The position numbers and the translations under genes were made by a program. 64,000 nt of DNA, taken from NCBI GenBank assembly GCA_963796685.1, contig CAWCMR010000021.1, forward strand, positions 13,495 to 77,494. The letters are read 5' to 3'. Below are positions 1 through 12,368 of the stretch, piece after piece (position 1 is the stretch's first letter; each line of letters starts with the position of its first letter). Under the pieces are notes generated by a model. The model saw only the letters and a program-made list of their open reading frames with translations, made no database searches and was not told where the DNA came from. This stretch comes from an uncultured delta proteobacterium. GTDB taxonomy: Bacteria > Myxococcota_A > Polyangia > Fen-1088.

Positions 1-1127
1 AGCGCGTTGGTGTCGTCGACGATGATGGTGTTCTCGTCGCACACTGCCTGCAGCTCCTCGTATTCCTCGCGGCTGCCGGTCTGCGTGCCCGCCAGCGCCA
101 CGGTGACGCCGAGCTGGCGCAAGGCCCGCACCAGCGAAAAAGCCTTGAAGGCGCCGCCCACGTACAGGCCGGCGCGCTTGCCCTGCAGAGCCTTCTTGAA
201 TTCCTTGAGGGCCGGCAACACCTTGCCGAGCTCGGTGCGCACCAGCTCTTGCGCCCGCTTCAACACAGCCGCGTCGCCGAGTTTTTCCGCCACCTCGTAA
301 AGCGCATGCGCCGTGTCCTCGATGCCGAAGAAGGACACGCGAATGAATGGGATGCCGTACTTCTCCTCCATCGCCTTCGCCAGCGGCGTCATCGAGCCCG
401 CGCACTGGACCACGTTCAAACGCGCGCCGTGGGCCCGGCGGATCTCGTCCACACGGCCGTCGCCCGTCAGCACGGACACGACCTCCACACCCATGCGCGC
501 GAAGTACTCTTTGATGATCCAGCTCTCGCCGGCGACGTTGAAGTCGCCCATCAGATTGATCGACAGCGGCCCGACCTTGTCGACGTCCCCTGTTCCGATG
601 AGCTCCAACAAAGCGCGCGTGGCCGCGCTGTAGCCGTCGCGCTTGGTACCGCGAAAGCCTTCCGCCATCACGGGGACGACCGGAATTCCAACCTCGGCCG
701 CCACCCGCTTGCACACGGCGGCGACATCGTCGCCGATGACCCCGACCACGCAGGTCGCATAGACGAAGGCCGCCTTGGGCGAATAGCGCGCGACAAGAGC
801 GCGCAAGGATTCCTCCAGGCGCTTCTCGCCGCCCAGCACGATTTCGCGCTCGCGCAGGTCCGTGGAACAACTGATGCGATGAAGCTCCGGGCCCGAGGAC
901 AAGGCGCCGCGAATGTCCCAGGTGTAGGCGGCGCATCCAACTGGCCCGTGCACCAGGTGCAACGCGTCGGCGATGGGATACAGCACCACGCGCGAGCCGC
1001 AAAAGGTACAGGCGCGCTGGCTGACCGAACCGGCCGCGCTGGCCTTGTTGCAAGTCACCTCGACGGTGGCGAGCTTGCTCGTGCGGATGACTTGGCCTGC
1101 CCTGTCGTCCAGCACCTTGAAGCTCAT
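1..1127 (-). CDS. nifE: FeMo-cofactor scaffold subunit NifE (3' end runs off the window)
   Basis: Manual translation from ATG at 1127: MSFKVLDD...SQRACTFCGSRVVLYPIADALHLVHGPVGCAAYTWDIRG...CVVGVIGDD; open to position 1; lies in the nif cluster. Confidence 0.92.
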   Translation of the reverse strand, partial: MSFKVLDDRAGQVIRTSKLATVEVTCNKASAAGSVSQRACTFCGSRVVLYPIADALHLVHGPVGCAAYTWDIRGALSSGPELHRISCSTDLREREIVLGGEKRLEESLRALVARYSPKAAFVYATCVVGVIGDDVAAVCKRVAAEVGIPVVPVMAEGFRGTKRDGYSAATRALLELIGTGDVDKVGPLSINLMGDFNVAGESWIIKEYFARMGVEVVSVLTGDGRVDEIRRAHGARLNVVQCAGSMTPLAKAMEEKYGIPFIRVSFFGIEDTAHALYEVAEKLGDAAVLKRAQELVRTELGKVLPALKEFKKALQGKRAGLYVGGAFKAFSLVRALRQLGVTVALAGTQTGSREEYEELQAVCDENTIIVDDTNA

Positions 1128-1148
1128 GACGTCCCTTTCCGATCCCTT

Positions 1149-1484
1149 TCAGGTTACTTCCGCCCGGGGGCCTACCCGCCGCAAGCGGTCCACCGCCACC
1201 ACATCCTGGGAGCGACGCATTCTAATGATGGGATCGACCTCGCTGCCACCGCGCGCGTACAGCGCGTGCGTCCGTTCTAGGGCGGAGGCATACAGCGGTA
1301 GACGATCCTCTTCGCAAAGCGGCGGATTGCGCCCTTCCAGGACCTCTACCTCCCGGCCGAAGCGCTTGAGGATGCCGATGCGATGCGCCGCCAGCAGCGC
1401 CGGATCGAAGGCCACATCGAGCAGCGCGAAGAGCTCCTCGGCGGCCTCGATGTGGTCAATCGCCTGGTAAAGGTCCGTGGCCAT
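1149..1484 (-). CDS. nifW: Nitrogenase-stabilising protein NifW
   Basis: AAEELFALLDVAFDPALLAAHRIGILKRF resembles the NifW core; start overlaps the fdxB stop (TGATG). Confidence 0.75.
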   Translation of the reverse strand: MATDLYQAIDHIEAAEELFALLDVAFDPALLAAHRIGILKRFGREVEVLEGRNPPLCEEDRLPLYASALERTHALYARGGSEVDPIIRMRRSQDVVAVDRLRRVGPRAEVT

Positions 1485-1747
1485 CAGGCGACCATCGGTT
1501 CGAAGCTGAAGGCCTTCTTGTTGCACGTGCGGCCGCACGCTTCGCAGCCGATGCAGCTCTCGGGGTTGACCACCGACGCGAACATCTTGGCCGATTCCTC
1601 TTCATCGACTTCCTTGGGTGCCAGGACCCCATGGGCGCAGATCTTCATGCAGCGTCCGCAGCCGATGCACTTGTTGTCATCCACCGCTTTGACATATTTC
1701 GGGGTCCATTCTTGCCGACCTCGGGTGAGTCCAGTGACGTATCCCAT
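1484..1747 (-). CDS. fdxB: nif-specific ferredoxin III (2x[4Fe-4S])
   Basis: GLTRGRQEWTPKYV N-terminus; CIGCGRCMKIC and CIGCEACGRTC motifs. Confidence 0.88.
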   Translation of the reverse strand: MGYVTGLTRGRQEWTPKYVKAVDDNKCIGCGRCMKICAHGVLAPKEVDEEESAKMFASVVNPESCIGCEACGRTCNKKAFSFEPMVA

Positions 1748-1762
1748 GCCTTGCATTCCTTT

Positions 1763-2171
1763 CTATTCCTCATCCATGTCTTCGATGTGTCTGCGGCGAG
1801 GAGCCGCACCCAGTGTCTTGGCCAACCACGGCGGAAGGTCGCCGCGCAGCACGTATTGAAGCTTTCCAACCATTTCGGAAACGGGGGTCTCGACCTGCGT
1901 CTTCATGGGGTGAATGTGGCGCGCGACCAGCTTGGCTGCCGCGGGCCCACCGATCTGCAGCGTGCATACGATGGAGCAGCCGGCCAGAGCCGTCGCGCGC
2001 GCGGTGATTCGACCCTCCCCCGCCTTGTCGTCGTCGACCTCGTCCGGCCAGTCCACCTTGCCCACGCACTCGGCGCGATCCGGTTCGATGTCCCACAGGT
2101 AAAAGGCGGTCGAGCTTCCCGAAGTGCTCGTTGATCCGCTCTCCATCGCTACTGGTGAATGCAACCTTCAT
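1763..2171 (-). CDS. nifX: NifX (apparent +1 frameshift at ~2116)
   Basis: MKVAFTSSDGERINEHFG in one frame and SSTAFYLW...QIGGPAAAKLVARHIHPMK...PPWL in another; removing one base gives 135 aa. Confidence 0.85.
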
Positions 2172-2189
2172 CTGCTTGTGCTCCGTCCA

Positions 2190-3659
2190 TCAGCGCATGA
2201 TTTCGAAGTGACGGTCGTCGCACGTCTCGTCCACGATATCGATGAACTTGTTGCAGATCTCGGTCAGCATGTTGATGGCGCCCTGGTAGCCGATAATTGG
2301 CCGCCTGTGCAGGTTGACCCGATCGAAGATGGGGAACCCGAATCGGAAGAGCGGGATCTTGGCGTCATGGGCGATCTGTTTGCCATGCGTGTCGCCAATG
2401 ATTCCATCCACCATGTCGGTCATGATCAGGGAACGCAGGTGCCACAAGTCCTTGTTCATGTAGACTTTGCTCGTCTTGCCGAAGGGAGAGGCGTCGAGCA
2501 ACGCGTGTAGCTCTCGTTCGAGCTTCTTCGAGCCCTTGGAACAAATAATGTGCTGCGGCGTGGCTCCCATCTCGAGCAGGAACGAGACATAGCCGAGCAG
2601 ATAGTCGGAATCCCCGTAAACCGCGAACTTCTTGCCGTGCATGTACTGGTGGGCGTCCGTCATGGCATCCACCGCGCGTCCACGCTCGGCCTTGAGCTCC
2701 GGCGGCACGGGCTTGCCGAAAAGCTCCGAGAGCTTCATCAGGAAGGCATCGGTCTTGGCGATGCCCATGGGCATGGGCATGGAAACGTTCTCGCCCGTGT
2801 ATTGCTCCTTGAGCCACACAAAGGTCTTGGAGGTGGCAAAGGGTGCCACGGTGACGGTGGCCTTTCCGTTGATGGAATCCGCGGCCTCTTGCAGGGAGGT
2901 TCCCCCCGGATAGGGGCGGTAGGTGCCATCGTTGGGCGAGTCGAAGGTGTCGGAGATGTCGGCAAGGAAGGTGTAGGGGATTCCGAAGCTCTCGAAGATC
3001 TTCTTGTACTCGCGGTAGTTGCCGGTGTTGGCATCGAAGCCCGCGATGAAGTTGAGCTTGCCGGTGCAGCGCCCCTCGACGGCCTTGTCCTCGGTGAGGG
3101 TTTGCAGGATGCTCATCAGCATGACGTCGTAGCCATGCACGTGGCATCCGCTGAAAGACGGCGTGTTGGCAAAGGGCAAAAGAAAGTCCTTGGGAATGCA
3201 GCCCTTCTGCCGGGCATTCCCAATGAAGGACCTGAGGTCGTCGCCGATGACCTCGGGCATGCACGAGGTGAAAACCGCGATCATCTTCGGTTTGTAGAGG
3301 GTGTAGGCGTTCTCCAGACCCTCGTGCAGGTTGTTCTGGCCGCCGAACACCGCGCCGTCCTCGGTCATGGAACTGGAAACCGCGGGCGATGGCTCACGGA
3401 AATGCCGGTTGAAGGTCGAACGGTAATACGAGGTGCACCCCTGAGCGCCGTGCACGAAGGGCAAGGTTCCCTCGAAGCCGGCGGCCGCGAGATACGCGCC
3501 CAGCGGCTGGCAGGCGTGGGCGGGATTGACCACCAGGGCCGTGCGCGCAAAGTTTTTCTGCTTGTAGTCCTCGGTGCCGAGCCATTCGAAAACACGTTTC
3601 TCATCTTCGTGAGATATCTCGGTCACGGGCTTGACGGGCAGGTCTAGATCGTTGGACAT
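2190..3659 (-). CDS. nifK: Nitrogenase MoFe protein beta chain
   Basis: NPAHACQPLG, HGAQGC, SSSMTEDGAVFGG, CMPEVIGDD, GFPIFDR motifs. Confidence 0.97.
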   Translation of the reverse strand: MSNDLDLPVKPVTEISHEDEKRVFEWLGTEDYKQKNFARTALVVNPAHACQPLGAYLAAAGFEGTLPFVHGAQGCTSYYRSTFNRHFREPSPAVSSSMTEDGAVFGGQNNLHEGLENAYTLYKPKMIAVFTSCMPEVIGDDLRSFIGNARQKGCIPKDFLLPFANTPSFSGCHVHGYDVMLMSILQTLTEDKAVEGRCTGKLNFIAGFDANTGNYREYKKIFESFGIPYTFLADISDTFDSPNDGTYRPYPGGTSLQEAADSINGKATVTVAPFATSKTFVWLKEQYTGENVSMPMPMGIAKTDAFLMKLSELFGKPVPPELKAERGRAVDAMTDAHQYMHGKKFAVYGDSDYLLGYVSFLLEMGATPQHIICSKGSKKLERELHALLDASPFGKTSKVYMNKDLWHLRSLIMTDMVDGIIGDTHGKQIAHDAKIPLFRFGFPIFDRVNLHRRPIIGYQGAINMLTEICNKFIDIVDETCDDRHFEIMR

Positions 3660-3688
3660 GATGAGCTCCGCAAATTCGGCAAATTCGG

Positions 3689-5137
3689 TTAGAAGGGCGC
3701 CTTGACGAGTTTCCAGGTGGGGCTATTGACAGCCATGTCGATGTCCCGGGCAAAGGTGGGAAAGCCCTTGTAGGCGTGGTAGGGACCCGAATAGTCCCAG
3801 CTGTGCATCTGACGAAATGGAATGCCCATTTTCTGCAACAGGTACTTTTCCTTGATACCGCTGCCCACCAGGTCGGGTTTCAGGGTGTGGACGAATTGCT
3901 CCAGCTCGTATTCGCTGACGTCGTCGTAGATCACGGTCGCTTCCGGCATTTCCGGGGCCGTCCGTTCATAGTCGTCGTTGTGCGCAAACTCATAGCCCGA
4001 TCCCACGACATGCATGCCCAGATCCTCGTAGGCGCTCACGGTGTGCCGCGGACGCAGGCCGCCGACGTAAAGCATCACCTTCTTGCCTTCAAGGCGTGGC
4101 CGATACTCCTCGATCACCTTCTGCATCTCGGGATCGTACTTGGCGATGGCGGCCTCGACCTTTTCCTTGATGTTGTCGTCGAAGCGCTCGGCAAGCTTGC
4201 GGAGGCTTGCTTTGATCTTGGTAGGACCGAAGAAGTTCAGCTCCAACCATGGGATATGGTACTTCTCCTCCATCACGCGGGCCATGTAGTTCATGGAGCG
4301 GTAGCAGTGGATGACGTTCAGCTTCACCATGTGTGTGGCTGCGATGTGCTCGATCTGACCGTCGCCAGTCCAGACAGCCTTGACGTTGAAGCCGCACTCT
4401 TCCAGCAGCGGCTTGACCGACCATGCATCACCGCCGATGTTGTACTCACCGATGAGCGCGATGTCGTAGGGACCAACCGGCTCCGTGAACTCGCGCGTCC
4501 CGATGACATAGTCGCGAATCGTGTCGTTCGAGATGTGGTGGCCGAGCGACTGGCTGACTCCGCGAAAGCCCTCGCAATTGCACGGGATGATAGGGAGGTC
4601 CAGTTCCTTCGACATCGTGCGCGCCACCGAGTTGATGTCGTCACCAATGAGCCCGACCGGGCATTCCGATAAAACGGAGATTGCCTTGGCCAGGGGAAAG
4701 AGCTCTTTGGTTTCCCGCAACAGTTGAGCAAGTTTCTTATCACCCCCGTAGACGATGTCCTTCTCCTGAAAGTCGGAGGTCAATTGCATGGCAAAGTTGG
4801 AAACGCCATTCACGCCGGACACGAGGTTTCGGCGCGTGCCCCAGGAGTACCAGCCGCAGCCCACGGGACCGTGCGAGATGTGGGCCATGTCGCCAATGGG
4901 TCCCCACACCACGCCCTTGGCGCCGGCATAGGCGCAACCGCGTGCGCTCATCACACCGGGGATGGTCTTCCGATTGGATTTTACACACGCCGATGTGGCT
5001 TCGGGATCATTGGGCGCCAGGTGGGGTTCCCGCTTTTTGCGAGCCTTCTCGGGATAGACCTCAAGCGCCTTGTCGATCATGGCCTGGGTCGACTCGCGGG
5101 TGATGCCTTCCACGGTTTTCTTCACATCGGCGGACAT
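3689..5137 (-). CDS. nifD: Nitrogenase MoFe protein alpha chain
   Basis: [28 protein letters not shown] and [14 protein letters not shown] ligand motifs; start MSADVKK follows an AAGGAG RBS. Confidence 0.97.
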   Translation of the reverse strand: MSADVKKTVEGITRESTQAMIDKALEVYPEKARKKREPHLAPNDPEATSACVKSNRKTIPGVMSARGCAYAGAKGVVWGPIGDMAHISHGPVGCGWYSWGTRRNLVSGVNGVSNFAMQLTSDFQEKDIVYGGDKKLAQLLRETKELFPLAKAISVLSECPVGLIGDDINSVARTMSKELDLPIIPCNCEGFRGVSQSLGHHISNDTIRDYVIGTREFTEPVGPYDIALIGEYNIGGDAWSVKPLLEECGFNVKAVWTGDGQIEHIAATHMVKLNVIHCYRSMNYMARVMEEKYHIPWLELNFFGPTKIKASLRKLAERFDDNIKEKVEAAIAKYDPEMQKVIEEYRPRLEGKKVMLYVGGLRPRHTVSAYEDLGMHVVGSGYEFAHNDDYERTAPEMPEATVIYDDVSEYELEQFVHTLKPDLVGSGIKEKYLLQKMGIPFRQMHSWDYSGPYHAYKGFPTFARDIDMAVNSPTWKLVKAPF

Positions 5138-5162
5138 GGTTACTTCTCCTTCGTAGGAACAA

Positions 5163-6071
<909 letters not shown>

Positions 6072-6095
6072 CTAATCTCTTCAGCCCGGGACTAC

Positions 6096-6111
6096 TGCAA
6101 CAGGAATGCCA
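6096..6111 (-). promoter_or_regulatory. sigma54 -24/-12 promoter of nifH
   Basis: TGGCAT-TCCTG-TTGCA with canonical spacing, ~65 bp upstream of the nifH start. Confidence 0.9.
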
Positions 6112-6204
6112 GCTTCGAAATGGCGATATCTCGCCGGTCTGTCCCGGCGCCGCTCGACAAGATCCGCGAATGTCGACGTGATTCCGACGAGATTGTCGAT
6201 GATT

Positions 6205-6233
6205 GTAGGGGCGGGTTTGAAACCCGCCCCTAC
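6205..6233. repeat. GTAG-type REP-like palindrome, possibly a nifA terminator hairpin
   Basis: GTAGGGGCGGGTTT-G-AAACCCGCCCCTAC perfect inverted repeat; a degenerate relative lies at ~39731-39768. Confidence 0.6.
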
Positions 6234-6293
6234 GAAGTCCCTTCACACCATTCCTTCGCTGCCTCCGGCCGCGCCCCTGCGCCGCGGGCCAGG

Positions 6294-7922
6294 TCAGCGC
6301 ACTGTGGTGCGCGTTCGCCGGGTGGGCGCGATGAGCGCCATCTCGATGCCGAACTTGCGGATCTTGTAGCGCACGATGCGTTCTCCCACGCCCAGCTCCC
6401 GCCCTGCCGCACTCACGTTGCCGCCCGCACGCTTGAGCGCATCGACCAGCATGTCCCGTTCGAGCTGGGCCACGTTCGAGCGTAGGGTTCCGTCGCTGTT
6501 GGGACGCAGCGCCGCCGGCATCTGCAAGGTCGGCGGCAGATCTCGACCGTGGATGACTCCGTCCCGCGAGAGCAGCACCGCATGCTCGACGCAGTTTTCG
6601 AGCTCGCGAATATTCCCCGGCCAGTGGTACGCCATCAGCATGTTGATGGCGCTGGTGGTGATGCGGCGAATGGGCTTGCGCATCTTCTCGGAGAACTTCG
6701 CGCTGAAATGGTTGGCCAGCGCCAGAACGTCATCCTTGCGCTCGCGTAGCGGGGGCAAGAACACGGGAAACACGTTGATTCGATAGAACAGATCGGCGCG
6801 AAAGCGGCCGTCCTTCATCAACGCTTCGAGGTCGCGGTTGGTCGCGGCCACGATCCGCACGTCCACGTGCACGGTCTTGTTGCTACCCACGCGTTCGAAT
6901 TCCCGTTCCTGAATCGTGCGCAGCAGCTTCACCTGCACGGTGGGCGAGAAGTCGCCGATCTCATCGAGAAACAAGGTACCGCCGTCGGCTTCCTCGATCC
7001 GCCCGGCGCGCGCGTGCAGCGCCGAGGTGAAGGCGCCCTTCTCGTGTCCGAATAGCTCGCTTTCCAGCAAGCCCTCGCTCAGTGCCGAGCAGTTGACTTT
7101 CACGAGGGACGCGCCAGAGCGCCCGCTGAGGTAGTGAATCGCGGCGGCCACCAGCTCCTTGCCGGTTCCGGATTCTCCGCGGATAAGCACGGTGGTATCC
7201 GCCTCCGCGACCTGCCGGATTCGCTCGTAGACAAGATGCATGGGCGCCGAATCGCCGACCATGTTTTCCGGCCGTGACGACAACTGCAACTCGGACAGCA
7301 ATCGCTTGCGTTGGTCTTCGAGGGCGGCGGTCTCGGCACGCATCTCCCGTCGGCGCTTGATGTCGTTGGCGATCAGCCCCGCCACGATGCTCAGTACCTT
7401 TTCCGCGTCCTGCAACAGATCGAGGTCCTGCCTCGGCAGGTCGACCGACAACGTCCCCACGTTCTCCTGTCCGATGGTGACCGGCAAGGCGACGAAGCTC
7501 CACCCCTTGCCGTCGATGTTCGCGTCCTTGCGTTGGTGCACCCGGTCTTGAAACCGCGGCTCCTCCTCGATACTGGGAATGATGAGCGACTTCCCGGTTT
7601 CGATCACCCTGCCGAGGATCCCTTCACCGCGACGGTAGCGCGCGTCATCGCTGGGATGGGTTTCCGAGGGCCGCAGTGCTTCGACGAAGAGCTCGGTCCC
7701 GTCGGGTGAGAGCAACATGACCGTGGCGCGCCGCATGTCCAGCCGCTCTTCCAGGACGCGCAGGATTTCGCGCAGGATGTCCTCCTGGGAGCCGGTTCGG
7801 GCCAACGTGCGCGCCACCTCGGCCAGCGCGTTCAGCGACTGCACGTGGCGCCGGGAGCCCGCGCGGCAGATGTGGCAGGGGTCGTTTGAAGGGCGGAGCA
7901 AATCCTCTGAGAGAAGGGTCAT
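6294..7922 (-). CDS. nifA: NifA-type sigma54 enhancer-binding protein (GAF-AAA+-Fis HTH)
   Basis: N-terminal [44 protein letters not shown]-terminal HTH; adjacent to the nifH sigma54 promoter. Confidence 0.88.
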   Translation of the reverse strand: MTLLSEDLLRPSNDPCHICRAGSRRHVQSLNALAEVARTLARTGSQEDILREILRVLEERLDMRRATVMLLSPDGTELFVEALRPSETHPSDDARYRRGEGILGRVIETGKSLIIPSIEEEPRFQDRVHQRKDANIDGKGWSFVALPVTIGQENVGTLSVDLPRQDLDLLQDAEKVLSIVAGLIANDIKRRREMRAETAALEDQRKRLLSELQLSSRPENMVGDSAPMHLVYERIRQVAEADTTVLIRGESGTGKELVAAAIHYLSGRSGASLVKVNCSALSEGLLESELFGHEKGAFTSALHARAGRIEEADGGTLFLDEIGDFSPTVQVKLLRTIQEREFERVGSNKTVHVDVRIVAATNRDLEALMKDGRFRADLFYRINVFPVFLPPLRERKDDVLALANHFSAKFSEKMRKPIRRITTSAINMLMAYHWPGNIRELENCVEHAVLLSRDGVIHGRDLPPTLQMPAALRPNSDGTLRSNVAQLERDMLVDALKRAGGNVSAAGRELGVGERIVRYKIRKFGIEMALIAPTRRTRTTVR

Positions 7923-8068
7923 GCCAACGACAGTGCGAGTGCTCGCGCCCCGGTTGACTCGAAGCAGGCTTCACGCATGGGATCGACTGTATCCGGAAGC
8001 TTGTAAGCGGACTGTTTCGTTTGCGTGAATGCTTCGCGCCAGTGAACGGCGCGACGGCGACGCTTCGA

Positions 8069-8578
8069 TCATTGGCAGCGCTTGAGGACGGCCAGCGTGA
8101 ATTCCTTTGCATACTCGAGCGCAGCGTCCGAACGGTCGTCGATGGAGACCTCGATGCAGTACCTTCCGACATACGCTTCGGCCGCGTACGCGTTCGGCAG
8201 ACCCAGGTCGACGACGGCGGCGTCCGGAAGGCTGGCGATCTGCGCACGCGAAACCGGAAGGTCGAAATTGAAGAGCGACTGTGCGCCATCCGAATTCCCC
8301 ATGTCGTGAATGGCGACCTGGACGCTGTCGTCATCGGTGTCGTGATGGTAGGAAGCGTATGCGCTGCCGACCCAACCACGATCGATGTATTTGGCGGCGC
8401 CACCGTCGATCTGATTGTAGAGCTTGGTGTCGGTGTCGACCACCACCGGGGACCCGTCAAGCATCCAGGTGTCGATCTCGTTGTTGGCCGGAAGTCGAGA
8501 CGCCAATGAAGGCGGGCCGCACCCCGGCGACAGCAAAAGCACGATGGTGGCTGCAGGCAAGAGCAGGATGGTGCGCAT
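8069..8578 (-). CDS. Putative lipoprotein (DUF6599-like)
   Basis: Signal peptide ending LSPGC; LYNQIDGGAAKY motif. Confidence 0.65.
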   Translation of the reverse strand: MRTILLLPAATIVLLLSPGCGPPSLASRLPANNEIDTWMLDGSPVVVDTDTKLYNQIDGGAAKYIDRGWVGSAYASYHHDTDDDSVQVAIHDMGNSDGAQSLFNFDLPVSRAQIASLPDAAVVDLGLPNAYAAEAYVGRYCIEVSIDDRSDAALEYAKEFTLAVLKRCQ

Positions 8579-8686
8579 GGCGGCCTCCTCGCAACAGTGG
8601 AGAGAACAGCGACAGCTTGCTCCTTGTTGGGGGCCAACGCAACCGCCCAAACCCGGCCATGGAACAATGGCTTCCCTGCGGCCCTT

Positions 8687-9346
8687 CTACTGGATGACCT
8701 TTGCCAGGCGAAGGAGGTCGCTGCCGAATCGTGCGCCCTCTTCTCGGGACGCGGGCAGGTTGACCTCGACCACCAGTCTTCCGGCGGTGGAGAACACACC
8801 AAGCGCGAGGCCGTCCATGACCTGCTCCTCTCGGCTTGCGATCGTCCTCACCTTGCGTTTCCGACTGATGCGCTTGATGTTCGCGATCTGGTCTTCCATA
8901 CCGGGACAAACGTAAAGGGCCACGATGCCTTGACCACCGACCGCATCCTCCAACCTTCGGGCGTCGGTGAAGGCAAGCTTCACCGAACGAAACGGCAACC
9001 CAAGGATGCTGTAGCTCTCCAGCTTGGCAAACAGAGTGAACGATTCCGCCGCTTCCTTCTCGGAAACGGGATTTCCGGCTTTGTACAGCACGGCCAACAC
9101 CACGGTTCCACCAGCCCGGCTCGTGAGATTCTCGTCATAGGCCAAAGCCCTGGCGATGGTCTTGACCTGGCGCGCTCGCACGAGCAGCTCGCCCGTAGTT
9201 TCCGCCGATACCGGGGAGCAGAGGAGCGCCCCCAGAATGGGAACACACCAGAGCGCTCCGCTCCGTCCAAGCTGGCTGCTGCGCCACCTATGGCGTGTCA
9301 CGGCGATTGCATCGAGGTTGTCCCCGAAAGAGTCGGAAGGTTTCAT
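8687..9346 (-). CDS. YfiR/DUF4154-family periplasmic protein (start uncertain)
   Basis: RALAYD near the N-terminus and VNLPASREEGARFGSDLLRLAKVI C-terminus; next to a TonB receptor. Confidence 0.75.
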   Translation of the reverse strand: MKPSDSFGDNLDAIAVTRHRWRSSQLGRSGALWCVPILGALLCSPVSAETTGELLVRARQVKTIARALAYDENLTSRAGGTVVLAVLYKAGNPVSEKEAAESFTLFAKLESYSILGLPFRSVKLAFTDARRLEDAVGGQGIVALYVCPGMEDQIANIKRISRKRKVRTIASREEQVMDGLALGVFSTAGRLVVEVNLPASREEGARFGSDLLRLAKVIQ

Positions 9347-9453
9347 GCCGGGGTTGAGGCTCTTCCTGTCGTGGCAGGCGGGCCGGCTGCCTCAACCTTG
9401 CTGCCGGAGTCGCCGATACAGGAAGGAGCCCACCTGCCGGCTCGACAGCACCG

Positions 9454-11614
9454 ATGGCGAATGCGTTGATGTTCCAAAAATCTTGTGTTGCGGTTGGCGT
9501 CCTGGTCCTTGGCATCCTGGGTTCCCGGTACGCTCGGGCGCAGATCCAGGACGAGGAGGAACTGTCGCCCCCGACGCCCATGGAGATTACGGATCTGGAC
9601 CTGGGCGATCTCCTGAGGACACCCGTGGTCGAGTCCGCGACCCGACGAAAGCAGTCTCTCTACGAGGCTCCCGGGGCCATCGATGTCTTCGAGGGCGACG
9701 AGCTCGTCAATTCCGGGCTGACCTCGATTGCCGAGATCCTCCGACGCGTCCCCGGAGCCTACGTGATGCAGGTCAGCGCCGGTCGTTTCAACGTGGGGTT
9801 GCGCGGGGTGAACGGGCTCTCCAATAACCGCGTTCTGGTCTTGGTGAATGGCCGCCGACTCAGCGAGCTCGACCACGGCTCGCCCTCGTGGCAAAATTTT
9901 CCGGTCCACGTCGGAGAAATCGAACGCATCGAGGTGCTGCGCGGACCCGGAACGACGCTCTATGGTTCCGACGGAATCAACGGGGTCATCAACATCACGA
10001 CCAAGCGCCCGCTCGACCACCCTGGAATCGAAGGACTCTTCGCCGCCGGCGAGACCTGGCTTCCCGACCAACCGAACGACCTGCGCGGCGCACGGGTGGA
10101 GAATCTCGGCAACGGCTACGCCAGCTACGGACTCACGAGCAAATCCGGCAAGCTCGGGATTGGCCTGGTTGCCGGCTGGAATCACACCCCCGATTGGGCC
10201 GGCAGCGGTCCGGACGCCATTCAGTTGCACGGCGATTTCGGCTACCATGTCGGGGCGACGCTCGACTGGCGGCCCGAACCAGACACGAGCCTTTTGGTGG
10301 ACTTCAGGCATGTCGAATCCGAGGGCCTGCGGGGTGCGGACGACACGCTGACCACGGAGCACATCTTCGACTACAGCAGCGAGCAAGCCCTGACCGTGGC
10401 CTATCGAAAGGGCGCGCTCCTTCCCAACCTCTCGCTGTCGATCAACGGCGACGCGCGGCGTTTGGTGGAGGCCACGAAGCTTTACGCGCAACCTTCCGGC
10501 TTCGACTGGGCGGGCGCCCCGCCGCCGCAGACGATAGTCGTCGCCGAAGATCCGGAAAACTATCGCGCCCATCTCGTGACCCAGGCGGATGCCGCCCTTT
10601 GGGGCGGGCGTGAGGTCCTGTCGCTGGCGGCGGAATCCTCGTATCAGCGCACATTGCGACTCTTTGGCGGCACGGCATCGGAGCTCTATTACGCGGGCGT
10701 TCTTCAAAGCGAAACGGTGATTCTCCCCAGTCCACGCCTGCTCTTGAACCTCGGGCTGCGCGCCGAGCAGGTCGATCTGGACCTCGCCGGCAAGGGCCAA
10801 GTCCGCTACGGCAACTACAGTCCGCGCGCCTCCTTGATCGTGCGCTTGCGCAACACCCATACGCTGCGCATGACCTGGGCAACGGCCTACCGAACCCCGT
10901 CGATCTGGGAGGTCAGCGACCTGGAGTCGAACGTCAACAATTATCCGCCGCCCGTGCCGCCCAACTACATGATGGTCAGCAATCTCTCTCTCAAACCCGA
11001 GGAGGTACAATCCTTCGAAGTTGGCTACCGCGGGCGCCCGTTGCGTTGGCTGCGCTTGGATGTCGCCGCTTATTACCAAGAGCTCAAACATTCCATCGAG
11101 TACCTCCAAGCCAGGTTGCCACTCATCTACGAGAACGGTCCAACGCGGCACCAGACCGGCGTGGAGCTGGGACTGATGGTTCGTCCCCTGTCCACGCTGG
11201 GTGCGCACGCGTCGTATTCGATCATTCGCACCACCGAAGCGGGGAGCAGCACCGTCTTGCACGACTACCCGACCCATCTCGCACAAATCGGCGGGGAATG
11301 GAGCAAATGGGGCGGCCATTTCACGCTGGATTTCAACTATGTCTCGAGCGCCGAGGTGACGCTGATGCAGGCCGATTCCAGCAGCATCGTCGGCAACACC
11401 CTGTATAAGCCCGCGCAGACCCTGCTGAACCTGCGAGTAGGCAAGGATATTCTCGACGGCGCCGCCGAGATATTCATGTCGGGAACCAATACCCTCGCCT
11501 TCTTTCGGCAGCGGCAAGACTTGATACAGTTTCCATCGGCCGGCGCGGATCCCATCGGTGCGGTCATTCTGGCCGGTATCCGAGTGCGACGGGCCGCGGG
11601 AGGTACGCCGTGCA
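9454..11614 (+). CDS. TonB-dependent receptor (stop apparently lost through an extra C at 11613)
   Basis: Signal peptide; plug motifs LRRVPG, VLVLVNGR, IERIEVLRGPGTTLYG; barrel motifs AYRTPS and LKPEEV. Confidence 0.9.
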
Positions 11615-12126
11615 GCTCTCGATGGAAACCACTTTGGGCGGCGTTCTTCGCGCTTTGCCTTTGCAGCTGCACGGACATCCCTCCCCCAACGGAGGGCGGC
11701 CGCATTCTGGGCAAAATCTCCTATCAGGGAGCGGCCCACCTGACCATGAAACGCCCTGCGATCAGGGTGATGGTCGTGGTGGATTTTCCTCCCAGCTCCG
11801 GCCCGCTTGGATTCCAGATCATCGAGCAGGGCGAACAACCGGACTTCCCCGCACAGGTCTCCTATGAGCTGAAGGGCATTGTCCCCTACCAATACAAGGT
11901 CGTGGCCCAGCTCATCGACTTGGGCGAACCCGATGCCGCCGCGACCCAGCTGCCCCTTGGGGGCTACCCCAATTTTTGCGCGTTGCTCGCCCCGGATCAG
12001 GGCTGGATCGTGGTCAGCAAGGATGCACCTGTCACCGGGGTTGATTTCTCCCTATACGACAACGCCGGGACGGCCGATCCTTGCAACACATCGACCAGCG
12101 TTTGTCCAACGGCCGGATGCCAGTAG
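11610..12126 (+). CDS. Putative lipoprotein, read through as an in-frame fusion with the TonB receptor
   Basis: GGAGG RBS then GTG; deleting C11613 gives MSSRWKPLWAAFFALCLCSC (lipobox) and a GTGA start/stop overlap. Confidence 0.65.
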
Positions 12127-12368
12127 TCCGAGGCCTAAACCAGGGGCGGGTTCCTCATTTCAAGATCACCGAGTTCCCGGGTGCAGGGTAGACCAGCCAA
12201 CAGATCATCGAGGCGTTCCCTGAAGACTCCGCGCCCAGGTGTTCCGCGACCGCAACGGCATCGCCGGCGACCGGGATCCGTACGCACCTGTCTTGGGAGA
12301 GGGACGCTCCTTTGCGGTGGTCCGGATCCTGCACCCCACGGCGCCGATCCCCGACCCGACTGCTCCTG

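Noticed and set aside
9454-12126. Novel 890-aa TonB receptor-lipoprotein fusion
   Set aside because: An internal RBS, signal peptide and lipobox are present, and one extra C at an AGCT site explains the fusion
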